A stretch of DNA of 64,000 nt from an uncultured Spirochaetota bacterium (GCA_963783575.1 CAWAOD010000011.1:416001-480000), one strand, 5' to 3'. Positions 10,709 through 21,789 are shown, numbered from the stretch's first letter. The notes: generated by a model from the letters alone, not told the origin. Numbers and translations: made by a program.

Positions 10709-10881
10709 TGCGGCATCGTGCCGTTCGCCGAACACCGTTCGGCATTTAGTGTGATTAAACAGAAAATTTCATGGCACATCCTGTGCCCATTGTTACTTGG
10801 CTCGCCTATGCGGCATCGTGCCGCTCGCCGAACACCGTTCGGCTGTTTGTATGATTAAACAGAAAACTTCATGGCACGTCC
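10709..10881. repeat. Two direct copies of a 73 bp palindrome-rich unit, period exactly 100 bp
   Basis: tgcggcatcgtgccg(t/c)tcgccgaacaccgttcggc...tgattaaacagaaaa(t/c)ttcatggcac(a/g)tcc at 10709-10781 and 10809-10881. Confidence 0.93.
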
Positions 10882-10926
10882 GAAGCCTTATTCAGCTTGA
10901 GCTTGGTAAACTTGTGTTTGCCGATA

Positions 10927-13317
10927 TCACAGCGGTTTGATTACCTCGGAAGTAAAGCATTCCACAATATCGCCCTTCTTGAAATTCTCATAATTTATAA
11001 AAGAAAGGCCGCACTCGAATCCTTCCTGTACTTCCGAGACATCGTCTTTAAACCGCTTGAGGGTGTTGATCTTTCCTTCCCAGACCTGTACCCCGTCTCG
11101 ATAAATCCGGACTTTTTCGCTTTTACGGATATATCCTTCCTTAACAATACCTCCGGCGATTTTACCCACATCTTTAATCTTAAATATATCAGTGATTTCG
11201 GCGTTTCCGATAACCTGTTCCTTAATTTCGGGAGTAAGCATTCCTTTCATTATCCCGTTGACATAATCAATCAATTCATATATGATATTAAATCTTTTGA
11301 TTATTATGCCTTCTGATTCGGCTTTTTCCTTTGCAATGGTATCCACCCGGACTCTGAAAGCCAGAATAATTACACCAATCTCGGCCGTGTTAGCCGTTGA
11401 TGATGCGAAAATAAGGTCGCTTTCCACAACGGCGCCGACTCCCGCATGAATCACGGTTACTTTAACCTCTTCATAAACAAGCCCAGATAATGCGTTTTTT
11501 ATTGCCTCAACCGATCCCTGAACGTCGCCTTTAATAATTACTTTTAATTCCTTCAAAGTCCCGGTTGACATTGCTTCCATTGCGTTCTGCATCTGTATTT
11601 TCTTTATATTTTTTATTTCTTCAATTTTTTTCAAATCCTGTCTTTTTGAAGTTATCTGTTTAGCAATTTCTTCATTTTCAACTATATAAAATTTATCCCC
11701 GGCATTCGGCACTTCATTAAAACCCATGATTTCTACCGGGTAGGAGGGCATGGCAACTTTTATTTTATTACCGTTCTCGTCAAACATTCCCCTGACTTTT
11801 CCCATTGTAATTCCGGCCAGGAAATTGTCCCCGATCTTTATGCAGCCGTTTTTGACTATAACTGTGGCAACAGCTCCTCTTCCGATATCCATTTTTGACT
11901 CGATTACATAACCTATACCCATCTTGTCCGGGTTGGCCTTTAATTCCAGAACTTCCGCCTGGAGGATTATCGCATCCAGAAGCTCCTGTATCCCGGTTTT
12001 TTTCAAAGCGGAAATATTCACAAACATATTTTCTCCGCCCCAATCCTCGCTCAGAATACTATGTTCCGACAACTGCTGTTTGACCCTCTCAGGATTCGAA
12101 TCCGGAAGGTCGGTTTTATTAACCGCTACTATGATTGGTACTTTAGCCGCCTTGGCATGGTTTAATGCTTCTAGAGTCTGAGGCATAACTCCGTCCACGG
12201 CTGAAACAACCAGAATTACAATATCCGTAACGTTTGCACCTCTTGCGCGCATTGCCGTGAATGCTTCATGGCCCGGTGTATCTATAAAAGTAATATCTCC
12301 TTTCGGGGTTTTAACACGGTAAGCGCCTATGTGCTGAGTAATACCGCCGCTCTCATGCTCTGCAATGGATGAATTCCTAATAGCATCGAGCAGCTTTGTT
12401 TTGCCATGATCGACATGACCCATAATGGTAACAACAGGAAACCTTGATGATAATGATTTTAAATCATCCGTTGCTTCTTTAATTTCTACTTCTTCTTTCA
12501 GGCTTTTAATATTTACCTTGCAGTTAAATTCGGACGCTACAATTGAAGCGGTGTCCGCATCGATCGTATCGTTAATTGTCGCTTGCACTCCAAGATCCAC
12601 CAGTTTTTGAATAATCCCCGATGCTTTTAAATTCATTTTTTTGGCAAGATCCGATATTTTAATAACTTCACCAATCTCAATTTCAGCCGGGATTACAGCC
12701 TCTCCCTTTTTTGTTTTTTTTCTTATTGAATCTTCCATTTTTGAAAGAAGAATTTCTTCCTCGCGGTATTTTAATTTCTCTTTTATATCGGCACCGCTTT
12801 TCGCCCTTGATACAAATGTAGTACGGTGTTTGCCCTTTCCGAGATGATCCTTTTCCTGTGAAGATTGCTCGGGTTGAACCGGTTTAAATGCGAACCGGTT
12901 TTGAAAACTTCCGCCTGCCGCTCTATCTTTAGACGGCGGTCCCCTTCTAACCCCATCTCTCTGAAATCCTGGCCTGGGACTTTGACCTGAAACAGGCCTT
13001 GCATCTTTATTGTGTCTTTGATATTCGAATTTTCTGGGTTTGTTGTCAAGAGCAGCCGATTCTTCAGGTTTCATCATCTTTGCAAACTTTTCATTCATTC
13101 TTTTCAAATGATCGCCGGGGGCTTCGACTTTTGGTTCTTCGGCTTTTGCAGGCTTGCTTTTTGTCTCTACCGCAGCTTTTTTTACCTTAACTTCTTCAGA
13201 TTTTTTTGTTTCTTCAGTCTTTTCAACAGCAGAAATATTATCAATAGGGGTTGAGACTTTTAGTTTTATCTTCTTTTTTATGACTTTTTTCTGGTTTTGA
13301 TCTTCATTCATAAACAA
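10927..13317 (-). CDS. infB: Translation initiation factor IF-2
   Basis: [46 protein letters not shown]. Confidence 0.98.
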   Translation of the reverse strand: MFMNEDQNQKKVIKKKIKLKVSTPIDNISAVEKTEETKKSEEVKVKKAAVETKSKPAKAEEPKVEAPGDHLKRMNEKFAKMMKPEESAALDNKPRKFEYQRHNKDARPVSGQSPRPGFQRDGVRRGPPSKDRAAGGSFQNRFAFKPVQPEQSSQEKDHLGKGKHRTTFVSRAKSGADIKEKLKYREEEILLSKMEDSIRKKTKKGEAVIPAEIEIGEVIKISDLAKKMNLKASGIIQKLVDLGVQATINDTIDADTASIVASEFNCKVNIKSLKEEVEIKEATDDLKSLSSRFPVVTIMGHVDHGKTKLLDAIRNSSIAEHESGGITQHIGAYRVKTPKGDITFIDTPGHEAFTAMRARGANVTDIVILVVSAVDGVMPQTLEALNHAKAAKVPIIVAVNKTDLPDSNPERVKQQLSEHSILSEDWGGENMFVNISALKKTGIQELLDAIILQAEVLELKANPDKMGIGYVIESKMDIGRGAVATVIVKNGCIKIGDNFLAGITMGKVRGMFDENGNKIKVAMPSYPVEIMGFNEVPNAGDKFYIVENEEIAKQITSKRQDLKKIEEIKNIKKIQMQNAMEAMSTGTLKELKVIIKGDVQGSVEAIKNALSGLVYEEVKVTVIHAGVGAVVESDLIFASSTANTAEIGVIILAFRVRVDTIAKEKAESEGIIIKRFNIIYELIDYVNGIMKGMLTPEIKEQVIGNAEITDIFKIKDVGKIAGGIVKEGYIRKSEKVRIYRDGVQVWEGKINTLKRFKDDVSEVQEGFECGLSFINYENFKKGDIVECFTSEVIKPL

Positions 13318-13368
13318 GCCTCCTGAACTTAAACAAAAATGTCTGAAGAAATTCCGGTAATAATTTGA

Positions 13369-14724
13369 TTAATCTGTTTCCTCTTCAATTTCCACGTTAT
13401 CTTCAATGACCTTCCATATTGCCATTGCTTCATCGATCGTAATATCACACTTTCTTGCCAGGTCTTCTATTGAGTATTCAATTATTTCAGCTATATCCTC
13501 AAACCCGGAATTTTCAAGTATATCGGCCTGCTCAGGGCTGAAAGGAAGCATTGATATAGGTATCTGCTCCTCTTCAATAAACTCTACCTGTTCGTCGCCG
13601 GAAATCCCTAGAATCTGATCGACTTCTTTCTGTTTTTCTGCAATTTTTATTTCAAAATCTGAATATGGAATAAAACGGATATTCCAGCCGGTTATCCGTT
13701 CGAGCATTCGCTGATGTACTCCTTTTTTGCCTATTAATGGAGCTACGAATTCATTAGGAACAACAACATATGCTTCTTTTGAATCCCCGGATAAATCCAC
13801 ATCAAATACTTCTGCAATTCTGTTTTTCAGTACCCTGCTTGCGGCGATTGAATTTTTTATTAATATTTTCGGATCATCGTTCCATTTTATTATTTCTATT
13901 CTTTCGGTCCCCAATTCGGCTCTAATGGGTTTAATCCTGGAACCCTGCTTCCCGATTGTTACACTAATCGGATCAATTGAGTCATTACTGGAATGCAGAA
14001 CAACTTTTGTAACCTCGCCGGCTTTTCTGGCAATTGCCCTGATAGAAAATGTGCTATCCGCAATTTCAGGAATATTTGCCCTGAGAAGTTCTTTAACAAA
14101 ATCTTCGCTGGTCCGGGACAATATAAGCTGTGAATCCTCGCGGTTGGAAACCTGGTTTACCTGCAGGAGTATGGCTTTTAAGAAATCACCCCTCTCGAAG
14201 GATTCATCGGGGATAGATTCGCTGTAAGGCAGAAACGCTTCGGTATCCTTGGGTTCAAGTGAAACATAATATCCGCTGAAACGGTAACCGTCGGTTTTTG
14301 ATTTTATCTTACCGACCACGATTTCGCCGACTTTGTTCTTATATTCATTGTAAATGACATCTTTCTGAATTTCACTTATTTTCTGCTTTAATATCTGTTT
14401 TACAATCTGCGCGATCTGTCTCCCGAATCCCTCAATTTCTATTGGTATTTTTACAAAGTCGCCAATATCAAGGGTTTTCTTTTTCGAATATTGCCTTGCT
14501 TCATCAAGATTTATCTCTGTTACGGCATTTTCAACATTTTCCACAATCTGCTTGATCTGGAACATTGAAAGTTTTTTTTCAAAATCTATTTCAACATTTT
14601 CAAATTCTTTTCCGTATTTCTTCTTATAGACACTTAGAAGAGCTTCCCTTAATATCTGGGTTGCCAATTCCTTGGAAATTTTATTTTCTTTTGCAAATTC
14701 TGAAATATAATCTAATATTGCCAT
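13369..14724 (-). CDS. nusA: Transcription factor NusA with acidic C-terminal HhH extension
   Basis: FGRQIAQIVKQ, S1 and KH regions (LILSRT, ERIEIIKW); lies between rimP and infB. Confidence 0.92.
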   Translation of the reverse strand: MAILDYISEFAKENKISKELATQILREALLSVYKKKYGKEFENVEIDFEKKLSMFQIKQIVENVENAVTEINLDEARQYSKKKTLDIGDFVKIPIEIEGFGRQIAQIVKQILKQKISEIQKDVIYNEYKNKVGEIVVGKIKSKTDGYRFSGYYVSLEPKDTEAFLPYSESIPDESFERGDFLKAILLQVNQVSNREDSQLILSRTSEDFVKELLRANIPEIADSTFSIRAIARKAGEVTKVVLHSSNDSIDPISVTIGKQGSRIKPIRAELGTERIEIIKWNDDPKILIKNSIAASRVLKNRIAEVFDVDLSGDSKEAYVVVPNEFVAPLIGKKGVHQRMLERITGWNIRFIPYSDFEIKIAEKQKEVDQILGISGDEQVEFIEEEQIPISMLPFSPEQADILENSGFEDIAEIIEYSIEDLARKCDITIDEAMAIWKVIEDNVEIEEETD

Positions 14725-14738
14725 TAAAAATCCTCCAG

Positions 14739-15218
14739 TTATAGGTATTTTTTTATATCAAAATATAATCTTGCCGAGAAATCGTTATTATCCAGTTTAT
14801 ATTCCGTATCGTTATGTTTGATAATGACTTTATTATCTTCAAACCTTAAAATGTTTCCGATCAGGACAGAGTCTTTTATACCGTATTTATCAGGCTTTTT
14901 TATTACAAACCGGATTTCTTTATCGCTGAAGATCTTTAATTCTTCCAGACTTTCAAGCTTTCTATCTACTCCCGGAGATTCGACTAAAAGGTCATAATTC
15001 TCGGAAAAGTCCGGGATTTCAAGTTCAAGCCTTCTTAGCAGAACATTGGAAACCTTCGCGCAGTCATCCATGGATATATCGGAATTTTTTTTATAAATAA
15101 CGGCTTTTAGCGTTCTGCCGCTTTTACTTACGGCTAAGTTAATATCAACACTTATATAACCAAGTGTTTCGATCGTATCTTTTGCCATAGAAATAATTTT
15201 TTCTTTTAGAGGTAGCAT
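14739..15218 (-). CDS. rimP: Ribosome maturation factor RimP
   Basis: ISMDDCAKVS, YDLLVESPGVDRKL. ATG 15218 preferred because the track start lies in the leader U-tract. Confidence 0.92.
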   Translation of the reverse strand: MLPLKEKIISMAKDTIETLGYISVDINLAVSKSGRTLKAVIYKKNSDISMDDCAKVSNVLLRRLELEIPDFSENYDLLVESPGVDRKLESLEELKIFSDKEIRFVIKKPDKYGIKDSVLIGNILRFEDNKVIIKHNDTEYKLDNNDFSARLYFDIKKYL

Positions 15219-15243
15219 ATCAATACCCGATACTTTGTTTAAC

Positions 15244-15272
15244 AAAAAAGGAGTCGGTTATTCCGACTCCTT
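15244..15272 (-). terminator. rimP leader attenuator-type hairpin
   Basis: Minus strand ggagtcgg-aataa-ccgactcc followed by T6, between the promoter and the rimP start. Confidence 0.8.
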
Positions 15273-15297
15273 CATGTTCATCCAATCAACCGCATAT

Positions 15298-15326
15298 ATT
15301 TTAAATAATCAGTGTAAATATGTCAA
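15298..15326 (-). promoter_or_regulatory. Sigma70 promoter of the rimP operon
   Basis: TTGACA-17 bp-TAAAAT on the minus strand. Confidence 0.8.
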
Positions 15327-15387
15327 TAATTGTTTGCTCAGTTTAGAATTTTAACTCTAAATTATTTTCACTTATCAAAGCACCCGG

Positions 15388-16263
15388 TTATTTCTTTAAC
15401 GGAATAACCCCAGCCATTTCACCAAGGACATTAACCAGGTCAGACCCTGCCGGGACTACTATTTTCATATTATTTTTTAATGATTCTTCAAGCATCTGTA
15501 TCTTCCTGAGGATCTGGGCATTACCGATAAAGTATTGATTGGCCGCTTCATTTACAACCTTGATTGCCTGTGCCTCGCCCTCAGCCTCCAGAATCTTAGC
15601 CTGCCTTATGCCTTCCGCTTTCTTTATTTCCGCCCTCTTTTGACCGTCAGCTGCGGTTTCTGTCGCTGTCGCGAAGTCTATGGCTGCTATTTTCTCATTC
15701 TCAGCTTTTACAACCTTGTTCATTGTTTCCTGGACATCCTTTGGCGGGTCGATTTCCTTAAGCTCGGTACGAACAATCTCAAGTCCCCAGCTTGCAGTTT
15801 CTTTGCATAGCGTATCCAATAAATCGGCATTTATCCTGCTTCTTTCGCTGTTAGCTGATTTCAAAGTCATCGTACCTATTATATTTCTCAGGGTGGTTCT
15901 TGCGAGGTTAACAATCTGATTCTGATAATTATATACGTTATACTGCGATCCTTTAACGCTATCCTCATCAGGTTTTACCTTAAAATATACCTGGGCGTCA
16001 ACCCTGGCATTCAGATTGTCATTAGTGATTATTTCCTGCGGTTCCGCATTAACCATCTGCTCGGTTATGTTGATTTGATACATTTTTTCTATTATCGGAA
16101 TGATCCAGTGGAATCCGGGAAATGCAAAATGAACATACTTGCCGAGCCGTTCAATCAAGCCGCGGTGAGTCGGCCGGACAATCCTGATTCCGGAAAAGAA
16201 AATGATCAATAACAAACAAACCAGTAACGTAATCAACCATCCGTAATTACTGATCTCTGACAT
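15388..16263 (-). CDS. SPFH/band-7 (QmcA/stomatin-like) membrane protein
   Basis: N-terminal TM; ERLGKY, QEIITNDN, LARTTLRNIIG, AEGIRQAKILEAEGEA. Confidence 0.92.
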   Translation of the reverse strand: MSEISNYGWLITLLVCLLLIIFFSGIRIVRPTHRGLIERLGKYVHFAFPGFHWIIPIIEKMYQINITEQMVNAEPQEIITNDNLNARVDAQVYFKVKPDEDSVKGSQYNVYNYQNQIVNLARTTLRNIIGTMTLKSANSERSRINADLLDTLCKETASWGLEIVRTELKEIDPPKDVQETMNKVVKAENEKIAAIDFATATETAADGQKRAEIKKAEGIRQAKILEAEGEAQAIKVVNEAANQYFIGNAQILRKIQMLEESLKNNMKIVVPAGSDLVNVLGEMAGVIPLKK

Positions 16264-16619
16264 ATTAGCCTCCTAAATTTCAATTGAATTCTTTAATCAA
16301 TCGACTCGTGACATTGATCCTTGCCGAAGGGAAGTTCAGACAAGTTTTCCTGTGAAATAACTATTCGGCCCCATAAATCTATACTTGTTTTTACCCAATA
16401 ATTACAAAAACTGGTGTAAATTTATGAGATTTGTAGCATAAAGACAAGAAAAGTATATGCCTGAGTGGTAATAAATAAAGATAATAAAGAATGTGATATA
16501 TGTCAACAGAAAAATGTTAAATCAATAGATATTTACATCATTATTACTAAAATATTGGCTATATCATTTTTTTATCTTTAAAATATGAATAAGCATATAA
16601 TAATTAAAGGAAAGATTTT

Positions 16620-17933
16620 ATGCCGTCATATGAAAAATTATATAATCAGATGCCGGATGGTACTTTAAAGCAGATAAATCCATACAATGGAACTGAGGTC
16701 TGGTGTGTTGAAGAAAGGAAAAGAGGGCCGGCGATAAATCCTCCTCCGGAAAATCCTCAGCTTTTAACTGTTAAGACCCCTGAAGATTATTGCCACTTCT
16801 GTGAGAGAAAATATTTGTATTGCACACCTGAAAAGGCCAGGGTTATTAAAGATAAAAATGGAATATGGCAGAAGATATATCATATTCTTCCGGAAGAACT
16901 GGATAATATATATGCCGATTTCAGAAGAATGGGAAATCTTTATGAAATAGTCACATTTGATTATTGGGCTAGGAACTATGGCTATCGTATGAAGCGGGAA
17001 ATGCTTGACTGGAAAGAAAACTACCTGTCTTCTTCGAAAGGCTATGAACATGTTATGAATATGCTGGCAATTAAAATGAAAAGAATAGGCCTTGATTTAA
17101 AAAAAATGAGCAGGGAAAAGAGGCTTGAAAGAAGCAATTCCTTTTTCGGCGGATGTCATGAACTAATAATCGGGAGAAAACATTATAAAGATGGGGCGCA
17201 CTATACCCATGAATTATGCTCCTCAGGGGAGTTGACGGCGGAAGAGCATTATCAATATTTTAAGTTTACCGTAGAATGCATATCGGATCTTTATGAGCAG
17301 AATCCTTTCATCCGTTATGTGAGCGTTTTTCAAAACTGGCTGAGACCTGCAGGCGCCTCATTTGATCACCTTCATAAACAGCTTGTCGGACTGGATGAAT
17401 GGGGCGTGCAGTTTGAACATGAAATAGCCGAATTGAGCAAAGACCCGAATCTATATAATGAATATTCGGTTAATTTCGCGGTTTATAATTCCCTTTTAAT
17501 CGCTGAAAATGATTATGCCATTGCTCTTTCAGAGATCGGGCACAGGTTTCCGACAGTTTCAATATACTCAAAAAGCGATAAAAGCCGGCCCAATGAACAC
17601 AGCCAGGAAGAAATCAGGGGAATGAGTGATATCGTTCATGCCATTCATACCGTTATAACAAGCCAGACAACATGCAACGAAGAATGGTATTATTCTCCTA
17701 TTGATTCAATTTTTAAATCGCCATGGCATATTTCTATAAAACTGAGGGTTAATACACCGGCTGGATTTGAAGGAAATACAAAGATATATATTAATCCTAT
17801 AAGTCCGCATAAATTAACCGAGGAAATTATAGGAGCCTTGCAGAATATGAAGCTGAAAGGGAAGATAGGGCGGTGGATTTTGATCGGAGAAGAAGTGAAG
17901 AGAAAACCGAATGCTTTGAATTATTATAAATGA
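16620..17933 (+). CDS. DUF4921-like protein (GalT/HIT nucleotidyltransferase-like fold)
   Basis: MPDGTLKQINP, CHFC zinc motif, FQNWLRPAGASFDHLHKQLV resembling GalT NxGxxAGASxxHxHxQ. Confidence 0.8.
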   Translation: MPSYEKLYNQMPDGTLKQINPYNGTEVWCVEERKRGPAINPPPENPQLLTVKTPEDYCHFCERKYLYCTPEKARVIKDKNGIWQKIYHILPEELDNIYADFRRMGNLYEIVTFDYWARNYGYRMKREMLDWKENYLSSSKGYEHVMNMLAIKMKRIGLDLKKMSREKRLERSNSFFGGCHELIIGRKHYKDGAHYTHELCSSGELTAEEHYQYFKFTVECISDLYEQNPFIRYVSVFQNWLRPAGASFDHLHKQLVGLDEWGVQFEHEIAELSKDPNLYNEYSVNFAVYNSLLIAENDYAIALSEIGHRFPTVSIYSKSDKSRPNEHSQEEIRGMSDIVHAIHTVITSQTTCNEEWYYSPIDSIFKSPWHISIKLRVNTPAGFEGNTKIYINPISPHKLTEEIIGALQNMKLKGKIGRWILIGEEVKRKPNALNYYK

Positions 17934-18053
17934 AACCTCCGAGTATCTTAAATCTCAGAAATTAGATACTTAGATTTTGTTTATTTCTATCCGGTTAGTT
18001 ACCGATAAAACATAAGTAAATCTTATTACCCATTTCCATGCAGGAGATATTAG

Positions 18054-19198
18054 ATGTCTTTAATTGAATTTCAAATACCAACCAACATTATTTATGGAAA
18101 TGACAGCCTTCTCAGAATTCCCGAAATTGCTACACCTAATGGGGAAAAGGTTGTTATTGTTACTGAAAGCAATGCTTTTGATCTTGGATTGACAAACCGT
18201 GTAAAAAGATTGCTTGAAGGATACGCTTATGATATTATTATTTATGAAGTGCCTGAAAAAGCAAATACAAAGGATCTCTTTGAAGGGGTCAATATAACAA
18301 AAAGCGGAAGGGCTGATGTTGTTATCGGAATCGGCAAAGAAAACGCCCTTTCAATCGCGAAATGCATAGCTCAGTTCAGTACACAGGAATTAACTAAAGA
18401 GGAACAAAAGAGCCATAAAAAGTTTGCTCTTAAAAAGGTGAAATATATTGAAATTCCATATATGCAGACACTATCCTGGGGACTTTTGCCTCTTACTTAT
18501 ATTATAGATGAGTCTGATAAAATTAAAAAACCTTATGCTGATAAGGAAGCTGTGGCAGCGGCATTGATAATAGACCCGTCAATATGCGAGGAAGTGCCGC
18601 TTATGGATGTAATATATGCGGGCCTGGAGGCTATATCATATTCTTTTGATGCATACATATCCAAAAAGGCTACGCCTCTGTCGGATTCTTTCAGTTTGAA
18701 GGCTATAGAATATTTAAGCATTAATCTAAAGAGGCTTGCGCTGGAACCTGCCAATACTAAAATTAAGGGCAACCTGAGTATGGGGCTCTTCTGGCATCAT
18801 TGGCTATTTTTACATCTTCGCTGGGAATGGCTTCAGCCTGTTCAATGGGGTTGGTTGCCGTTACGAATATGACGGAACAAAGGGTATCGAGCGTGATTTT
18901 ACCTCATATTATGGAATTCAATCTGACGGCAGCTGCAAATAAATTCATACAGATAGCGATGGCCCTTGGTGAGAAAGTTGCCGATATCACAGTAATTGAA
19001 GCTGCAATTATGGCGATTGAATCAATCAGAAGAATGATGATTGATCTTCATATTCCGCAGAGACTGTCTGAATATAATATAACACAGGAAAATATCGAAT
19101 ATGCTTCAAGAATCGCTTCACAATATGATTTTTTAACATTTATACCGAGGCCGGCAGGAAGAAATGAAATCAACGAGATTTTTTCTGCCGCATTATAG
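18054..19198 (+). CDS. Iron-containing ADH-fold protein lacking metal ligands, frameshifted at G4 18782-18785
   Basis: FQIPTNIIYG, IIDP, ILPHIMEFN, LHIPQRLSEY. One added G gives MGALLASLAIFTSSLG and joins the two ORFs. Confidence 0.85.
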
Positions 19199-19223
19199 TA
19201 AGTATAAACGGAGGAAATGATCT

Positions 19224-20978
19224 ATGGCTTTAAAAATTAATGATTTGCAGGCAGTTTTGGAAATTAATAGAAAGATAAATTCAATCGGAGACGTAAAAAG
19301 TATTTTAAATGATATATCGCATTATGCAGGTGTACTGTTGAACTCCGAAGGAGCCTCAATTTTATTAGTCGATCAGCCGACGGGTAATCTTCATTTTGAA
19401 GTAGCTTTTGGTCAAAGTGTTAATACGCTGCTCGATATTATTGTCCCCAAAGGCAAGGGTATCGCCGGTTTTTCAGCGGCGACAAAACAGCATGTTGTTG
19501 TAAACGATGCTCAGAATGATGAAAGATTCTATAAAGAAGTGGATGAAAAAACAAATATTCAGACCAGAAGCCTTGTTGCTATGCCTCTCGTCCATAAAGA
19601 CACAGTTATCGGCGTTATTGAGGTGATTAATCCTGAGAACGGTATTTTTACGGAAGATGATATTATTCTGCTGAGACAGTTTGCCGAACAGGCGGCGATT
19701 GCTATTGCCAATGCCCTATTGTACAAACAGTTAATGGATAAAGCCAGCGAACTTGAATACCTATATCAGATCAGTAATTTAACAAACACGATTTATGATA
19801 AGCGAGAACTTTTTGATAAGATTGCCATTCTTATTTCAAAAGCATTTTCTTCCAACAGGGTTTCAATTATGTTTATCAATGAAGAATCGGGAAAATTATA
19901 TATTGAAAGCTCTGTGGGCATTCCGGAAGATGTTCTTGATAAAGTGGAAAACAGCATCAATCTGTCGAAAATTTCAAGTAGAGTCATTACTCTGGGTAAA
20001 GTTGTTTTCGGGAATGATATTGAAAAAGCAGGTCATGGCAGGAATAAAAAACTCCGGTATAGTAAAACCGCTTTTATAAGCCTTCCGATCAAGGTTAAGA
20101 ATATTCCTATCGGTGTTATAAATATATCTGAACCAAATGAGAATACAAGGTATTCCACCGGTATAATCAAAACCCTTGAAACAATTGCAAATCAGCTCGG
20201 GCATTCTTATGAAAGTATTTTAAATCATTTGGAAACAATTGAAAATGAGAAGATCAGGAAGGAAATCGATATAATGAAAACCCTTCAAAACGCTTTATTG
20301 ATAAAAGATTTCAGTAATTATAAAAATATTTCCATTTATGCCAGGATGGTAAGCGCAGAGGTTGTCGGCGGAGATTTTTATGATGTCTACCGCTTTTCTC
20401 CGGCAAGGATAGGTTTTGTAATAGGCGATGTGTCAGGTAAGGGTCTGCCTGCTTCGCTGTATATGGCTGTATCCAGAAGCGTGATTAAGGCATATGCCTA
20501 TCAAATTAGCGAACCGAGTAAATTGCTGGAATATTCTAATGAGATTTTGGTTGATGATTCAAGGGTTGGCATGTTTGTTACTGTCTTCTATGGTATTCTG
20601 GACCTTGAAAGCAGAACATTTGTGTTTTCGAATGCGGGACATAACCAGCAGTATTTATATAACCCGTTAAAAGGTGAGTTTTATTCCCTTTCAAGCAAGG
20701 GCATTCCTCTCGGAATTTCAAGGCTTGAAAAATATCAGCCCCTGAAAGTAAAACTCGATTCAGGTGATATAATATTTTCCTTTACGGATGGTGTTACCGA
20801 TGCCGTTAATGATAAAGGCGAAGACTTTGGCCTTGACAGGCTTAAAAATGTTGTAAAAAATTATGCTCCTGCAAACTCTCCGACAATTGTCAATTCTATT
20901 ATCAGGGAAGTTGATGCCTGGGCTAATGGCGTTCCTCAATGGGATGACATTACTGTTATTGCATTCAAAATGCCTTAA
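19224..20978 (+). CDS. GAF-GAF-SpoIIE/RsbU-type PP2C phosphatase
   Basis: Two GAF domains; VGGDFYD, IGDVSGKG, NAGH, FTDGVTDA, DDIT. Confidence 0.92.
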   Translation: MALKINDLQAVLEINRKINSIGDVKSILNDISHYAGVLLNSEGASILLVDQPTGNLHFEVAFGQSVNTLLDIIVPKGKGIAGFSAATKQHVVVNDAQNDERFYKEVDEKTNIQTRSLVAMPLVHKDTVIGVIEVINPENGIFTEDDIILLRQFAEQAAIAIANALLYKQLMDKASELEYLYQISNLTNTIYDKRELFDKIAILISKAFSSNRVSIMFINEESGKLYIESSVGIPEDVLDKVENSINLSKISSRVITLGKVVFGNDIEKAGHGRNKKLRYSKTAFISLPIKVKNIPIGVINISEPNENTRYSTGIIKTLETIANQLGHSYESILNHLETIENEKIRKEIDIMKTLQNALLIKDFSNYKNISIYARMVSAEVVGGDFYDVYRFSPARIGFVIGDVSGKGLPASLYMAVSRSVIKAYAYQISEPSKLLEYSNEILVDDSRVGMFVTVFYGILDLESRTFVFSNAGHNQQYLYNPLKGEFYSLSSKGIPLGISRLEKYQPLKVKLDSGDIIFSFTDGVTDAVNDKGEDFGLDRLKNVVKNYAPANSPTIVNSIIREVDAWANGVPQWDDITVIAFKMP

Positions 20979-20994
20979 ATCTCTGTGGTAAAAT

Positions 20995-21783
20995 TTGAAT
21001 TTATTGACAAAAATCATGCGAAATTTAAGAGAATTTAAAATGGTTAAAAATAATCCAGAATATATTCTGTTTCCGGATTTTTCAAGTAAAAAAATGGTTT
21101 GTGGAACTACAATAAAAGGCATGAATTTTGCTCTTCATACAATTTATAATCAAACGGATAAAGAATGGGTAAGCAATAATAGAAAAGATTTACTTGAAAA
21201 TCTAGGATATCAGAACTTAATTACCCTTAATCAAATTCATTCGAGCAGGGTACACTTAATTACAGAAAATAACTTAAACCGGTTCTTAAACAATTCATTT
21301 ATAGAAGGGGATGGAATCTTAACCTCTTTAAAGGGAATCATTATTGGGATTTTGTCAGCCGATTGCGTACCGGTTTTTTACACTAATGCCAAAAACTCAT
21401 TTTGCGGTATAGTCCATGCCGGATGGAAAGGGATCTGCCAAAAAATACATCTAGAAATGCTTGCAAAAATAATTACTGAACATCTATGCAGTAATGATGA
21501 GTTACAGATAATTATAGGACCGCATATCAGGAAATGTTGTTATGAAATAAAAAGAGACCTGTTATTAAAGATGGATACAAAATTCTTCATAATGACTAAT
21601 AATAAAATTTATCTTGACCTGGAATCCATCATTATTAATGAACTTATTTTGAACGGTATAGATAAAAATAATATAATCAAAACCAAAGTCTGTACAAAAT
21701 GCAATAAAAACCCTGAATTTTATTCATATCGTAATGGTGATTTTACCGGGCGAAACCTGTCGTTTATAGGAATTAAAAATTGA
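20995..21783 (+). CDS. pgeF: YfiH/PgeF family purine nucleoside phosphorylase / peptidoglycan editing factor
   Basis: QIHS, ADCVPV, HAGWKG, GPHIRKCCYE, FYSYR. True start may be a later ATG. Confidence 0.9.
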   Translation: MNLLTKIMRNLREFKMVKNNPEYILFPDFSSKKMVCGTTIKGMNFALHTIYNQTDKEWVSNNRKDLLENLGYQNLITLNQIHSSRVHLITENNLNRFLNNSFIEGDGILTSLKGIIIGILSADCVPVFYTNAKNSFCGIVHAGWKGICQKIHLEMLAKIITEHLCSNDELQIIIGPHIRKCCYEIKRDLLLKMDTKFFIMTNNKIYLDLESIIINELILNGIDKNNIIKTKVCTKCNKNPEFYSYRNGDFTGRNLSFIGIKN

Positions 21784-21789
21784 CCGCAA

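Noticed and set aside
10343..10858. 171 aa + strand ORF and the other short ORFs antisense or out of frame to long genes
   Set aside because: They shadow well-supported genes and have no recognisable motifs.
10709..10881. Possible mini CRISPR array
   Set aside because: Only two units, the would-be spacers are themselves largely duplicated, and there are no cas genes in the window.
16330..16490. Possible decayed gene on the minus strand (LLGKNKYRFMGPNSYF)
   Set aside because: Too short and interrupted by stops to support without a search.
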